DNA of 14,165 bases, from assembly GCA_016190465.1 (NCBI GenBank), contig JACPQP010000056.1:1-14165 (forward strand), in the 5' to 3' direction. Positions 1 to 7,543 of this stretch are shown here, one piece after another. The translations under genes were made by a program, and so were the position numbers. Each line of letters starts with the position of its first letter. Within the stretch, counting starts at the first letter, position 1. The DNA comes from Chloroflexota bacterium (lineage in GTDB: Bacteria; Chloroflexota; UBA6077; FW602-bin22; JACPQP01). The notes below the pieces were generated by a model. It searched no databases. It was given only the letters and a program-made list of their open reading frames with translations, and had not been told where the DNA came from.

Positions 1-417
1 ACCAGGCTCAGGCGGGTACGCGTCGAGCCACGGCGCGCCGATCTCCTGCACGAGGGGCCCGAGGTGGACGATCCGTGCCGAATGCCACGCGGGCGGTACG
101 TCACAGGGCTCGAGTGGCGCTGCCCTGGCCAGGAGACGTTGGGTCCGGCCGGAGGCGGTGGAGCGGTTGACGAACGTGGTTGTCGCCGCGGCTGGGCGAC
201 AGACGAAAGCGAGCCCCGTCAGCGCCTGGGTGAGGTCCTCGGTCGGCGCCGCGCTCGTGACGATGCCGACCCGACACCCAAGCTGTCGCGCGGTGTGCCC
301 GGCGTACACCACCGTCCCACCGGGCCGATCGCCACCCTCGACGAGATCGCGCGCCACGTGGCCGACCAGGAGGTAGTCGATTTCGTGTCTTTGTGGGAAG
401 CCCCGTACCCCCCGCAC
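1..417 (-). CDS. PfkB-family carbohydrate (ribokinase-like) kinase, N-terminal fragment; gene continues past window position 1
   Basis: Manual translation of the - strand gives ...IDYLLVGHVARDLVEGGDRPGGTVVYAGHTARQLGCRVGIVTSAAPTEDL..., matching the PfkB N-terminal beta-strand plus GG / N.A.aaarLG motif layout. A candidate GTG start at 417-415 is preceded by GAGAGGA (RBS-like) about 20 nt after the jag stop. No stop occurs before the window edge, so it is absent from the ORF track. The start codon is uncertain. Confidence 0.45.
   Translation of the reverse strand, partial: MRGVRGFPQRHEIDYLLVGHVARDLVEGGDRPGGTVVYAGHTARQLGCRVGIVTSAAPTEDLTQALTGLAFVCRPAAATTTFVNRSTASGRTQRLLARAAPLEPCDVPPAWHSARIVHLGPLVQEIGAPWLDAYPPEPG
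381..412 (-). repeat. copy 1 of a short shared element GGGGTACGGGGCTT-cCCACaaaGACACGAA (read on the - strand), immediately 3' of the jag stop
   Basis: The - strand 411->398 reads ggggtacggggctt, then cccacaaagacacgaaa (397->381). It overlaps the proposed start region of the PfkB-like gene. Confidence 0.35.
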
Positions 418-437
418 CCGGTCCTCTCGTGGTCGAG

Positions 438-1154
438 TCAGCGGCGCGGATGGACCACCACCCGCCGCTGGTCGCCCTCTCCCGTGCTCGCCGTCATCAC
501 CTGGGGATGCGACTGAAGCGTCACGTGGACGATCCGGCGCTCGTTTGGTGGCATCGCCTCGAGACTGATCGGCTCACCGGTCGCCGCGACTCGTTCCGCG
601 ACACGCGTGGCCAGCGTCTGCAAGGTCTGCTCGCGCCGCACTCGATAGCCCTCGACGTCCACCTGCACTTTCGCCGAGCGCCGGGTTCGGCGCGCCAGAA
701 TGAGATTGGTCAGGAACTGGAGCGCGGCCAGCGTATCGCCGCGCCGGCCGATGAGGATACCGAGGTCGTCGCCGGTGATGTCCAGCACCGCACTGAAGTC
801 GTTCCCCGGGCCGTTGGGTGCCTTGGGTGCGACCGGGCGAACCTCGACGTCCGCGACGATACCCAGGCCATCCAGCAGATTCTCGAGGATATCCCGGGCG
901 ATGCGCGCGATCTCCTGGCCGTTGACCTTCGACGCCGCGACCTCGACGTCGACTTTCTGAACCTGCTCCTGATCGAGCCGCGCCCGGGGGGAGACGAGGA
1001 TGCGGGCATCTTCGCCACCGATGCCGAAGATGCCGCGGCTTCCCTCCGAAAGGACAGAGACGTCGACCTCGTCACGGGTCAAGTGAAGACGTGCGAGCGC
1101 CTTTTCGATTGCTTCGTTGACCGTCCGGGCAGTCACTTCGAGGCTCTCCACCAA
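438..1154 (-). CDS. jag: Jag/KhpB RNA-binding protein (Jag_N + KH + R3H), last gene of the yidC cluster
   Basis: ORF 438..1274(-). The N-terminus LEVTARTVNEAIEKALARLHLTRDEVDV matches the Jag_N signature; the C-terminus RIVHVTLQSHPQVMTASTGEGDQRRVVV is R3H-like. The start was trimmed to TTG 1154 / GTG 1151, which sit 3-6 nt after a GGGAGGG RBS (1158-1164, - strand). The longer ORF-track start would overlap the yidC 3' end. Confidence 0.85.
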   Translation of the reverse strand: MVESLEVTARTVNEAIEKALARLHLTRDEVDVSVLSEGSRGIFGIGGEDARILVSPRARLDQEQVQKVDVEVAASKVNGQEIARIARDILENLLDGLGIVADVEVRPVAPKAPNGPGNDFSAVLDITGDDLGILIGRRGDTLAALQFLTNLILARRTRRSAKVQVDVEGYRVRREQTLQTLATRVAERVAATGEPISLEAMPPNERRIVHVTLQSHPQVMTASTGEGDQRRVVVHPRR

Positions 1155-1170
1155 TATCCCTCCCTCACGC

Positions 1171-2061
1171 CTATTTTCGCCGCCGTTTTCGCTTTGAGGG
1201 TTGGGTCGCCGCGGTGCCGGCGCTAGCTGCACCGGCCGGTAAGACAGAGCTCGCTGGGCGCTCGCCAAGTCCATCCGGGCTGACTGTCGCCTTCTCGACC
1301 AGAACCGGTGCGCGCACTGTAGCTGCCCTGGCCTCGGGTCGATTGCGAGCAGGCGACGCCGCGGCCGGTATCAGCGAGGCAAGCCCAAGATTCACATTCT
1401 TCCAGCCAACCATGAACCCCTGCTGCACGAACGTGAAGACGTTCGAGGCGACCCAGTAGAGCACCAGCCCCGAGGGGACCTGCAACGCGAAGAAGACGTA
1501 CATGACGGGCATAAACTGCATGATGCTCTGCATCTGCTGCTGCTGTGGATCGGTTGACGGAGTCACCATCACCTTCTGCGCGAGGAAGCCGGTGATGCCG
1601 CTAAGGGCGGCCAGGAGATACAACGGGTCCGGGTCGGCGAGCGAGGGGAGCCAGAGGAACGGTGTGGTGAACAGGCCCTGGGCGGCCAGATTGAACAGCG
1701 CCGAATAGAGGCCGATCCAGACCGGCATCTGAATGAACACGGGCAGGCAGCCCGCGGCTGGATTCACCCCGCGGTCCTTGTAGAGCTGCATCTGCGCCTG
1801 CATCAGCTTCTCGCGGTCTTTGCCAAACTGCTTCTTCAGCGCCTCCAGCTCCGGCTGGACCGCTTGCATCGCCTTCGCCGACTGGACCTGCTTCAGCGTC
1901 AGGGGATAGGTGATCAGCTTGACGATCACCGTGAAGGCGATGATCGTCAGCCCCCAGCTCGGCAGGCTCATCGCGGCGAGGCCGTTGAAGAGCAGCATCA
2001 GCGCAGCCGTCATCGGATGCACGATGACGGCGTCCCACATCTGGACTAGTCCGTCAAACAA
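1171..2061 (-). CDS. yidC: YidC/Oxa1-family membrane protein insertase (short form)
   Basis: 296 aa with a conserved YidC core (TIIAFTVIVKLITYPLTLKQVQSAKAMQAVQPELEALKKQFGKD..., multi-TM) and a basic C-terminal tail KRKRRRK. TTG start at 2061 lies 7 nt after AGAGGAG. It sits in the canonical rnpA-yidD-yidC-jag order. Confidence 0.9.
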   Translation of the reverse strand: MFDGLVQMWDAVIVHPMTAALMLLFNGLAAMSLPSWGLTIIAFTVIVKLITYPLTLKQVQSAKAMQAVQPELEALKKQFGKDREKLMQAQMQLYKDRGVNPAAGCLPVFIQMPVWIGLYSALFNLAAQGLFTTPFLWLPSLADPDPLYLLAALSGITGFLAQKVMVTPSTDPQQQQMQSIMQFMPVMYVFFALQVPSGLVLYWVASNVFTFVQQGFMVGWKNVNLGLASLIPAAASPARNRPEARAATVRAPVLVEKATVSPDGLGERPASSVLPAGAASAGTAATQPSKRKRRRK

Positions 2062-2097
2062 ACGAGATCTCCTCTGAAGCCGTCAGCAGCTTCTCGG

Positions 2098-2158
2098 CAG
2101 ATTGGCGAGGCAGCAGTGGTCAGACCCACTGACTGCTCCCCCCTCAATCTGCAATCCA
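2098..2158. repeat. second locus of the same heptads in the yidD-yidC intergenic region: cagattg ... caatctg caatcca
   Basis: cagattg 2098-2104, and the inverted copies caatctg 2145-2151 and caatcca 2152-2158. The intervening sequence has extra hairpin potential (agcagt 2112-2117 / actgct 2131-2136). Confidence 0.4.
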
Positions 2159-2203
2159 AAACTGGCGATCCGCGCCAGGTCCCCACGCTTCCGGTTGCTT
2201 GCC

Positions 2204-2413
2204 TCACGGGACCGGGTCATACCCGCCGGCGTGGAAGGGATGGCACCGCGCGATCCGCCGCACGGCAAGCCACCCGCCGCGCAACAGCCCGTGGCGGTCG
2301 ATCGCCTCGAACGCGTACTGCGAGCAGGTCGGATAGAAGCGGCAGGCAGGCGGAAGCGCTGGCGAGATACCACGCTGATACAGCCGGATCAACGCGAGTG
2401 CCAGGTGCTTCAC
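2204..2413 (-). CDS. yidD: membrane protein insertion efficiency factor YidD
   Basis: 69 aa carrying the hallmark [10 protein letters not shown] motif. The start abuts the rnpA stop (2419-2417). Confidence 0.9.
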   Translation of the reverse strand: MKHLALALIRLYQRGISPALPPACRFYPTCSQYAFEAIDRHGLLRGGWLAVRRIARCHPFHAGGYDPVP

Positions 2414-2416
2414 CGA

Positions 2417-2866
2417 CTACGGCTCCCCGCCTGTCTCCGCCGGTGAACGAACCGCTGGCCCGCCCTCACCCCGCAAAGGGTCCATCGGGACCCGTTGCGC
2501 CTCTCCCAGAGGGAGAGGGGGCATCGGCGGGCCAGCGTAAAGTCCTGCTCGGTGCACCAATTCGTCGACGGCCGCGGCAATCTCGGCAAACGTGGCCGTC
2601 GCGGCGGCTCCGCGCGCGATGAAGACGAGATCCCATCCCGGCGTGATTCGCGCGATCAGCGCACGCACCGCTTCTCGTATGCGCCTTTTCACTCGGTTGC
2701 GTGTCGCGGCCTTCCCCACTCGCTTACTGACCGATATCCCGACCCGCGTGACGCCCGCCTCGTTCCGATGCCAGGATAGCACCAGGAGTCGGCCGCCCCG
2801 CGACTGTCCCCGCTGACGCGTTCGCCGAAAGTCAGCTTCACTGGTGAGACGGTGGCGTTTCTGCAC
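2417..2866 (-). CDS. rnpA: ribonuclease P protein component
   Basis: The ORF-track frame 2417..3175(-) contains RLTSEADFRRTRQRGQSRGGRLLVLSWHRNEAGVTRVGISVSKRVGKAATRNRVKRRIRE, which matches the RnpA RNR-motif region. The upstream 100 codons overlap rpmH in another frame and were discarded. Start set to GTG 2866-2864, 47 nt after the rpmH stop. There is a C-terminal Pro-rich extension of about 35 aa before the stop. Confidence 0.75.
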   Translation of the reverse strand: MQKRHRLTSEADFRRTRQRGQSRGGRLLVLSWHRNEAGVTRVGISVSKRVGKAATRNRVKRRIREAVRALIARITPGWDLVFIARGAAATATFAEIAAAVDELVHRAGLYAGPPMPPLPLGEAQRVPMDPLRGEGGPAVRSPAETGGEP

Positions 2867-2913
2867 GTCGGTTGCGCCGGACGAAGCCCCGCGAGCCGCC
2901 TTCGTTCCCCGGA

Positions 2914-3054
2914 TCAGACCTGGGTCAGACGATGGCGCCCGACCCGGCGTCGATTCTGCAAGACGCGCCGACCGCCGGGCGTGCTCATCCGCTTGCGGAA
3001 TCCGTGCTCGCGCGCCCGCGGCAGCTTCTTCGGTTGGTACGTTCGCTTGGGCAC
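2914..3054 (-). CDS. rpmH: 50S ribosomal protein L34
   Basis: Not in the ORF track (46 aa). Manual reverse-complement translation from GTG 3054 gives [46 protein letters not shown], a canonical L34 sequence. Stop TGA at 2916-2914. Confidence 0.9.
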   Translation of the reverse strand: MPKRTYQPKKLPRAREHGFRKRMSTPGGRRVLQNRRRVGRHRLTQV

Positions 3055-3075
3055 CCTTGACTAACCCCTCACCCC

Positions 3076-3115
3076 CTGCCCCTCTCCGACAAGGGGAGAG
3101 GGGGGGCAGTTTTCT
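3076..3115 (+). other. GC-rich stem-loop (CCCCTCTCC / GGAGAGGGG, 9 bp) followed by TTTTC on the + strand; lies in the rpmH 5' leader and is antisense to it
   Basis: 3079-3087 cccctctcc pairs with 3095-3103 ggagagggg, then gggcagTTTTc. This looks like an intrinsic terminator in + orientation although no + strand gene lies upstream. On the - strand it is a leader hairpin between the promoter and the rpmH start. Confidence 0.35.
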
Positions 3116-3121
3116 CAACGC

Positions 3122-3150
3122 ATTATAGCCCGTCGCCCCATCTCTGTCAA
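3122..3150 (-). promoter_or_regulatory. sigma70-type promoter for the rpmH-rnpA-yidD-yidC-jag operon: TTGACA-17 nt-TATAAT
   Basis: On the - strand TTGACA is the reverse complement of 3145-3150 and TATAAT of 3122-3127, with an exactly 17-nt spacer. It lies about 70 nt upstream of the rpmH GTG. The -35 overlaps the GH116 stop codon (3147-3149). Confidence 0.5.
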
Positions 3151-5510
3151 ACGTCGCCGTTCGCTTGCCTGCCACGGTCGCGCAGCGCGAGCTCCATCGC
3201 CCAGATCGCCTGCGGACGCAGGTACATCGCTGCCCGGAAATGCCCGGACGCGTCCCACGCCTCCGGCGTGCGGAACCAGAGCCCGGAGCGCTGGTACACC
3301 GCGAGGACCGCGCCTTGAGTGGTGCGGAATGCCTCGTCCGGCATCCCTTCCTGGATCATCAGCGCCGCCAGCGCATAGGTGACACCACTCCACACCTCTT
3401 GCGACTGATCTGACGTCTGGTCGACCTCACCACTGGGCCGCACGCCGTTGACCGCGCCCAGGGTTCCCCCCATGAAGCCCATCACGTTGCGTTCGTAGAC
3501 GCGCCGCAGCGCCACTCGCGCCCGTTCGGATGAGACGATGCGTGGCAGACCGAGGGCCGTCGCGTACCACTGGCCGCAGAGCTGGTCGGCCATGATGCTG
3601 TCGTGGTGCTCGCTCAGCGCATCGAAGTCGTAGTAGGCGCCGTGCCAGAGAATGCGCTCTAGCGACTCCTGGCCCCGGACGAAGAGACGACGGCAGGCAT
3701 CGGCGGCCGCGGCATCGCCGCACTGCCTCGCGATCTCCTCGCCGGCCAGCAGCGCGGCGAGCCACAGCATGCCGCAGTAGGCGCTGGGGCCGCGCATCGG
3801 CCAGGTATCGTAGGTCTGATCGGGAATCCCCTCGTTCTCGGGCAGGCCATCGCCATCGTGGTCGAATCGTCCGAGGTAATCCAGCGCCGCGCGAACCGCC
3901 GGCCAGCACTCGACGAGGAACGACCGGTCACCCGTCTCCCGGAAGTCGCGGTAGACGAGCAGCGCGAACTTGGCGTTCAGGTCCTTCCACACGTTCACGT
4001 CCTGGAACCGGTAGGCGTTCACCTCCTGCCAGGGGTCATCGTCCGGGGCGCCGAGATCGTGCGGCACGGCGCCCGCCACCTTGCGACACGCCTGCTTTCC
4101 GCTCGCCTGAATCGTCACGATGCGTGCGTCCTCGCGAGGCACAGTGGTGGCGAAGTCCCGCATCACTTGCTTCTCCAGCTCCGGCCAGTGGGCAAGGAGC
4201 GGAAACGACGCGTAGAAGCGAACGTCCAGCGTCTCGTAGAAGGGATAGTCGAAGCACTCCAGATAGCCGAAGTGCCCGGGCGTGTCCTCGGTGGACCCCA
4301 CCCGGCCGTCCTCCCACGCGGTCCCACCGTCGACGAGGTAATAGAGCTCGTTGAACAGCGCCACCTTGTACCAGTCCGGACGGTCAGTGGCTTCGAGGAT
4401 CGGTCGCTGCCACTCGTCGATCGCCGCGCCCCAGGCGCGATACCGGGCGTACGCCTCCCGACACATCGCCCACGCGTTCTGCCCGGTCTGGCCGAAGAAA
4501 CGGGTGTATCGCCGATACCACCGAGTGCCGCTGCCAAACTGCATGATCGGCAGGTCCCAGCAGAGGAAGAACGGCACCCGCCTCGTCTCGCCCGGCCCAA
4601 GCTGCACGGTGGCCGCGACCGCCGCGCCGAGCCGAGGGCTGGCCACGCAGAGCGCGCGCTCGTCCAGCGCATCCAGACGCCCGTCACTCACGAAGTCGTC
4701 CCAGAGGGCCCGGCTTTCCTGCAGACGGGGGGCCCCGTTTGCCGAAATGGGGAAGCCGCTGCACGCACTCAACGTGGCGTCCCCCCCGGCAGCGATGGCG
4801 AACTGCCCGTGCCAGCTCTCGAAGGCCGGGACATCCTCCCGGTCGAGGACCACCCCCACCAGCGTATCGGGCGCTGTGCCCTCTGCCCGCGCGGTGTGAT
4901 GGAACGGCCGGTCTGGTGGCGAGCCGGCCAGTTCGTGCAAGGTGTTCTCCCAGGTGAAGAGCAGGGACACCTCGATGGGAACCTCGCGGTGGTTGTGCGC
5001 CTCGTACTCGAAGACGGCGACCGGGTAGCTGGATTCCCGGTAGTTGTGCGGCAGCACAGGCGAGAACTGGCGCACGCGCAGCGCCACCCCGAGAACGTCG
5101 GGATCGTAGACGAAGTAGGCTTGCGGGAACAGCGCCTGGTAGTAGCCGTGCCCGGCGGGGTAATGCCATTCCCAGCCGGAGAGCACATCGGTGGGGCGCC
5201 AGGTGGTAAGCGTGGTCGCCCGAGTTGTGCGGCCATCGCTCACGCGTACCGCGAAGTGGTTCGCGTCGGCGGGGCGGTACCGGTGCCGGCCGACGTCGAG
5301 ATGCCAGCGAGCGAAGTCGCCCCGGTAGGTCCGGCCGATGCTGCCACTGCCCAGCCCGCCCAGCGGCAGCCCCTGCCAGTAGCCGTCGTCGATCTGGTGC
5401 TCCTGGCCAGGCGCCAGACGCCACGGAGTCAGGAACGGCTCGCCGATCGCGCGGGTCCACGCGATGGGAAGCGGGAGCTGCGCGTGTCGGAGTGCAGTCT
5501 GCTGGGGCAC
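3147..5510 (-). CDS. glycoside hydrolase family 116 (GBA2-type beta-glucosidase/glucosylceramidase-like): N-terminal beta-sandwich plus C-terminal (alpha/alpha)6 catalytic domain
   Basis: The ORF 3147..5672 carries GLPLGGLGSGSIGRTYRGDF (GBA2_N-like) and a C-terminal ...ENEGIPDQTYDTWPMRGPSAYCGMLWLAALLAGEEIA... (GH116 catalytic region). Start trimmed to GTG 5510, which lies 5 nt after GGGGAGGA. The upstream 54 codons of the track ORF cover the repeat-rich intergenic region. Confidence 0.8.
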   Translation of the reverse strand: MPQQTALRHAQLPLPIAWTRAIGEPFLTPWRLAPGQEHQIDDGYWQGLPLGGLGSGSIGRTYRGDFARWHLDVGRHRYRPADANHFAVRVSDGRTTRATTLTTWRPTDVLSGWEWHYPAGHGYYQALFPQAYFVYDPDVLGVALRVRQFSPVLPHNYRESSYPVAVFEYEAHNHREVPIEVSLLFTWENTLHELAGSPPDRPFHHTARAEGTAPDTLVGVVLDREDVPAFESWHGQFAIAAGGDATLSACSGFPISANGAPRLQESRALWDDFVSDGRLDALDERALCVASPRLGAAVAATVQLGPGETRRVPFFLCWDLPIMQFGSGTRWYRRYTRFFGQTGQNAWAMCREAYARYRAWGAAIDEWQRPILEATDRPDWYKVALFNELYYLVDGGTAWEDGRVGSTEDTPGHFGYLECFDYPFYETLDVRFYASFPLLAHWPELEKQVMRDFATTVPREDARIVTIQASGKQACRKVAGAVPHDLGAPDDDPWQEVNAYRFQDVNVWKDLNAKFALLVYRDFRETGDRSFLVECWPAVRAALDYLGRFDHDGDGLPENEGIPDQTYDTWPMRGPSAYCGMLWLAALLAGEEIARQCGDAAAADACRRLFVRGQESLERILWHGAYYDFDALSEHHDSIMADQLCGQWYATALGLPRIVSSERARVALRRVYERNVMGFMGGTLGAVNGVRPSGEVDQTSDQSQEVWSGVTYALAALMIQEGMPDEAFRTTQGAVLAVYQRSGLWFRTPEAWDASGHFRAAMYLRPQAIWAMELALRDRGRQANGDV

Positions 5511-5553
5511 GCTGGTCCTCCCCGGTGTGATGGGAGGATCGTGCCGTGCAAGA

Positions 5554-5630
5554 CTCCGGCCACGCCAACCTAACCCCCTTCCCGGCGGGAGCCAACCTAA
5601 CCCCCTAACCCCCTTCCCGGCGCGGGCCCG
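5554..5630. repeat. direct repeats in the divergent GH116 / isomerase promoter region
   Basis: gccaacctaaccccc occurs at 5554-5568 and 5581-5595. taacccccttcccggcg occurs at 5561-5577 and 5596-5612. cccggcgcggg is duplicated at 5607-5628. Confidence 0.5.
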
Positions 5631-5783
5631 GCGCGGGAAGAGGGGACCAGAGCCCGGACTGCCCTTCCACATACCCGGCCCCCGATTGACGCCTCCAGGC
5701 TACTCTGCTAGCCTGAGCACGACGACCAGGCAGAAGTGGACCCACTCTGCATCGCTCGCGCGCTCGCAAGGAGGACAACCACC

Positions 5784-6623
5784 GTGAGCATCCGCGTTTC
5801 CTGTCACGGCATCACCTGGGGGCGGGACGGCCTCGACCAGTGTGTGCGCGACCTGCGACAGCTCGGCTTCCGCGGCTTCGAGGCGTTTGCGTACGTGGTC
5901 GACGACTTCGGGTTAGCGCGACTCGGCCAGTTCCAGGAGTTGCTGGCGCGGCATTCGCTGGAGCTCGTCGCCCTGTACGGCGGCGGGGCGATGCACGACC
6001 CGAGCATGTTCGAGGAGGTCGTCGCCCGAAACGTTCGCCTGGCCCGCTTCATCCAGGCCAACGGGGCCAAGCGGCTGGTACTCGGGCCGGGACGCCGACC
6101 GGCCGGCGGCCCGAGCCGCGACGACCTGCTGAACGCCGTCCACTGCATGAGCGAGATCGGCCGACGGACGCTCGAGTATGGCGTCCAGGCCTGCGTTCAC
6201 CCGCACGTCAACACCATCGTCGAGAAGCTCGGCGAGATCGACTTCGTCATGGACTGCGTCGATCCGCGCTACGTCGCGATGGCCGCCGACACTGCGCACT
6301 TCCGCAAAGGGAATCCGGACGTCCCCACGGCCGAGATCGACGTGTTTCGGCGCTACGCCGACCGGATCAAGTACGTGCACCTCAAGGACTGGGACCCGAA
6401 CCTGCCACCCGAGCTGACCGGCGCCGGTGGCACGGCGATCATCAAGGACTTCGTCGAGCTGGGACAGGGCGTCGTCGACCTCCAGGGCGCGATCAACATC
6501 CTGCGCGAGAGCGGGTACGATGGCTGGCTGACGATCGAGCTGGACTACACTCGCCGCACGCCCTACGAGAGCGTCGCGATGAGCAAGGATTACCTGGTGC
6601 GCGAGCTGAACCTGAGTCTGTAA
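5784..6623 (+). CDS. sugar phosphate isomerase/epimerase (xylose-isomerase-like TIM barrel, AP endonuclease 2 fold)
   Basis: 279 aa with strong GC3 bias, His/Asp/Glu-rich conserved blocks (VHPHVNTIVE, HLKDWD, WLTIELDY) typical of the family. GTG start at 5784 lies 8 nt after AAGGAGGA (5768-5775). Stop TAA 6621-6623. Confidence 0.8.
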   Translation: MSIRVSCHGITWGRDGLDQCVRDLRQLGFRGFEAFAYVVDDFGLARLGQFQELLARHSLELVALYGGGAMHDPSMFEEVVARNVRLARFIQANGAKRLVLGPGRRPAGGPSRDDLLNAVHCMSEIGRRTLEYGVQACVHPHVNTIVEKLGEIDFVMDCVDPRYVAMAADTAHFRKGNPDVPTAEIDVFRRYADRIKYVHLKDWDPNLPPELTGAGGTAIIKDFVELGQGVVDLQGAINILRESGYDGWLTIELDYTRRTPYESVAMSKDYLVRELNLSL

Positions 6624-6631
6624 CTGCTGAA

Positions 6632-7543
6632 TCACCGTCGGAAATGCGCTTCCAGCCAGTCCACTGCCTCGGCGATCACCTGGTCGATGGCCGGCGGCAC
6701 GAACACCTCGTAGTGGCCGAAGCCGCGCAGCACCACCAGCTTCTTTGGCTCGCCGGCCCGCGCGTGGAGCATCTCGGACTCTTCCGGGAGCACCAGCTCG
6801 TCGCGATCCGAGGTGATGAAGAGCGCGGGGCGCGGGGCGATTCGGTCGACCACCCACTCCGGGTTGAAGCCGATCGTCTCGTGGACCATCTCGAGCGGCA
6901 CCTGCATCGCGGCGCCCGTGACGGCGGCTCGGGCGCGGGCGGCGATCTCCGCCGATTGGGGATCGTGCATCAAGACCTCGCCGCGGTCGACCAGCTCGGA
7001 GACGCCGCTGACCACCTGTCGCGCGCGGTCGCGCTCGCCGCGCTCGACCAGCTCCCGGAACTCCCAGGGCCGGCGCACCCGCTGCATCCAGCGCGCCCCG
7101 TTGCCAACGCCGGTCACGCCGATCACGGCGGCGGCGCGGCGGTCGATCGCCGCCGCGAAGACGGCGGTCGACCCACCGTAGCTGATCCCGTAGAGGGCGA
7201 TGCGCTCGGCATCCACCTCCGGCTGGAGCGACAGGAGCGTCAGCGCTGCCTGCGCGTCCTCGACCCGGCTGTACGGGGCCAGGCGCAGGCGGGGTCCCTC
7301 GCTCTGCCCCCACCCCTTGTAGTCGAACGTCAGCGCGACGTAGCCAGCCGCGGCGAAGCGCCGGGCCATGTCGTTCAGGTACAGATCCTTGATGCCGGTG
7401 TAGCCGCAGCAGAGGACGACACCCGGGCGACGATCGGACGCGGTCGCCCCGTCAGGGACGTAGACATCCGCCGCCAGACGACAGCCGCCGCTGTAGAACT
7501 GCGCTGGATGTTCGACCACCGCCCAGCGGAAGAGCGGCATCAA
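6632..7543 (-). CDS. alpha/beta-fold hydrolase (dienelactone-hydrolase / esterase-like)
   Basis: 303 aa with a nucleophile elbow GISYGG (GxSxG), a later Asp (SDRDE) and a C-terminal His (GHYEVF) consistent with a Ser-Asp-His triad. Convergent with the isomerase; 8 nt separate the two stops. Confidence 0.8.
   Translation of the reverse strand: MMPLFRWAVVEHPAQFYSGGCRLAADVYVPDGATASDRRPGVVLCCGYTGIKDLYLNDMARRFAAAGYVALTFDYKGWGQSEGPRLRLAPYSRVEDAQAALTLLSLQPEVDAERIALYGISYGGSTAVFAAAIDRRAAAVIGVTGVGNGARWMQRVRRPWEFRELVERGERDRARQVVSGVSELVDRGEVLMHDPQSAEIAARARAAVTGAAMQVPLEMVHETIGFNPEWVVDRIAPRPALFITSDRDELVLPEESEMLHARAGEPKKLVVLRGFGHYEVFVPPAIDQVIAEAVDWLEAHFRR

Noticed and set aside
64-516. 150-aa + ORF and 158..376 + ORF at the left edge
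   Set aside because: Antisense to the PfkB-like coding frame. Gly/Arg/Pro-rich with no motif.
393-1226. 277-aa + strand ORF, plus 700..960 and 710..1075 ORFs, overlapping jag
   Set aside because: Antisense to the well-supported jag gene. Arg/Pro-rich composition typical of wrong-frame ORFs in high-GC DNA. No recognisable homology.
3858-5573. 571-aa + ORF, plus several 90-300-aa ORFs on both strands inside 3147-5672
   Set aside because: All overlap the GH116 gene, whose frame carries clear family motifs. These are Arg/Pro/Gly-rich GC-artefact frames.
5511-5672. 54-codon N-terminal extension of the GH116 ORF, and 16 codons ahead of the isomerase (5736)
   Set aside because: The extensions cover the repeat-containing intergenic DNA. 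Internal GTG starts with strong SD sequences (GGGGAGGA, AAGGAGGA) fit better.
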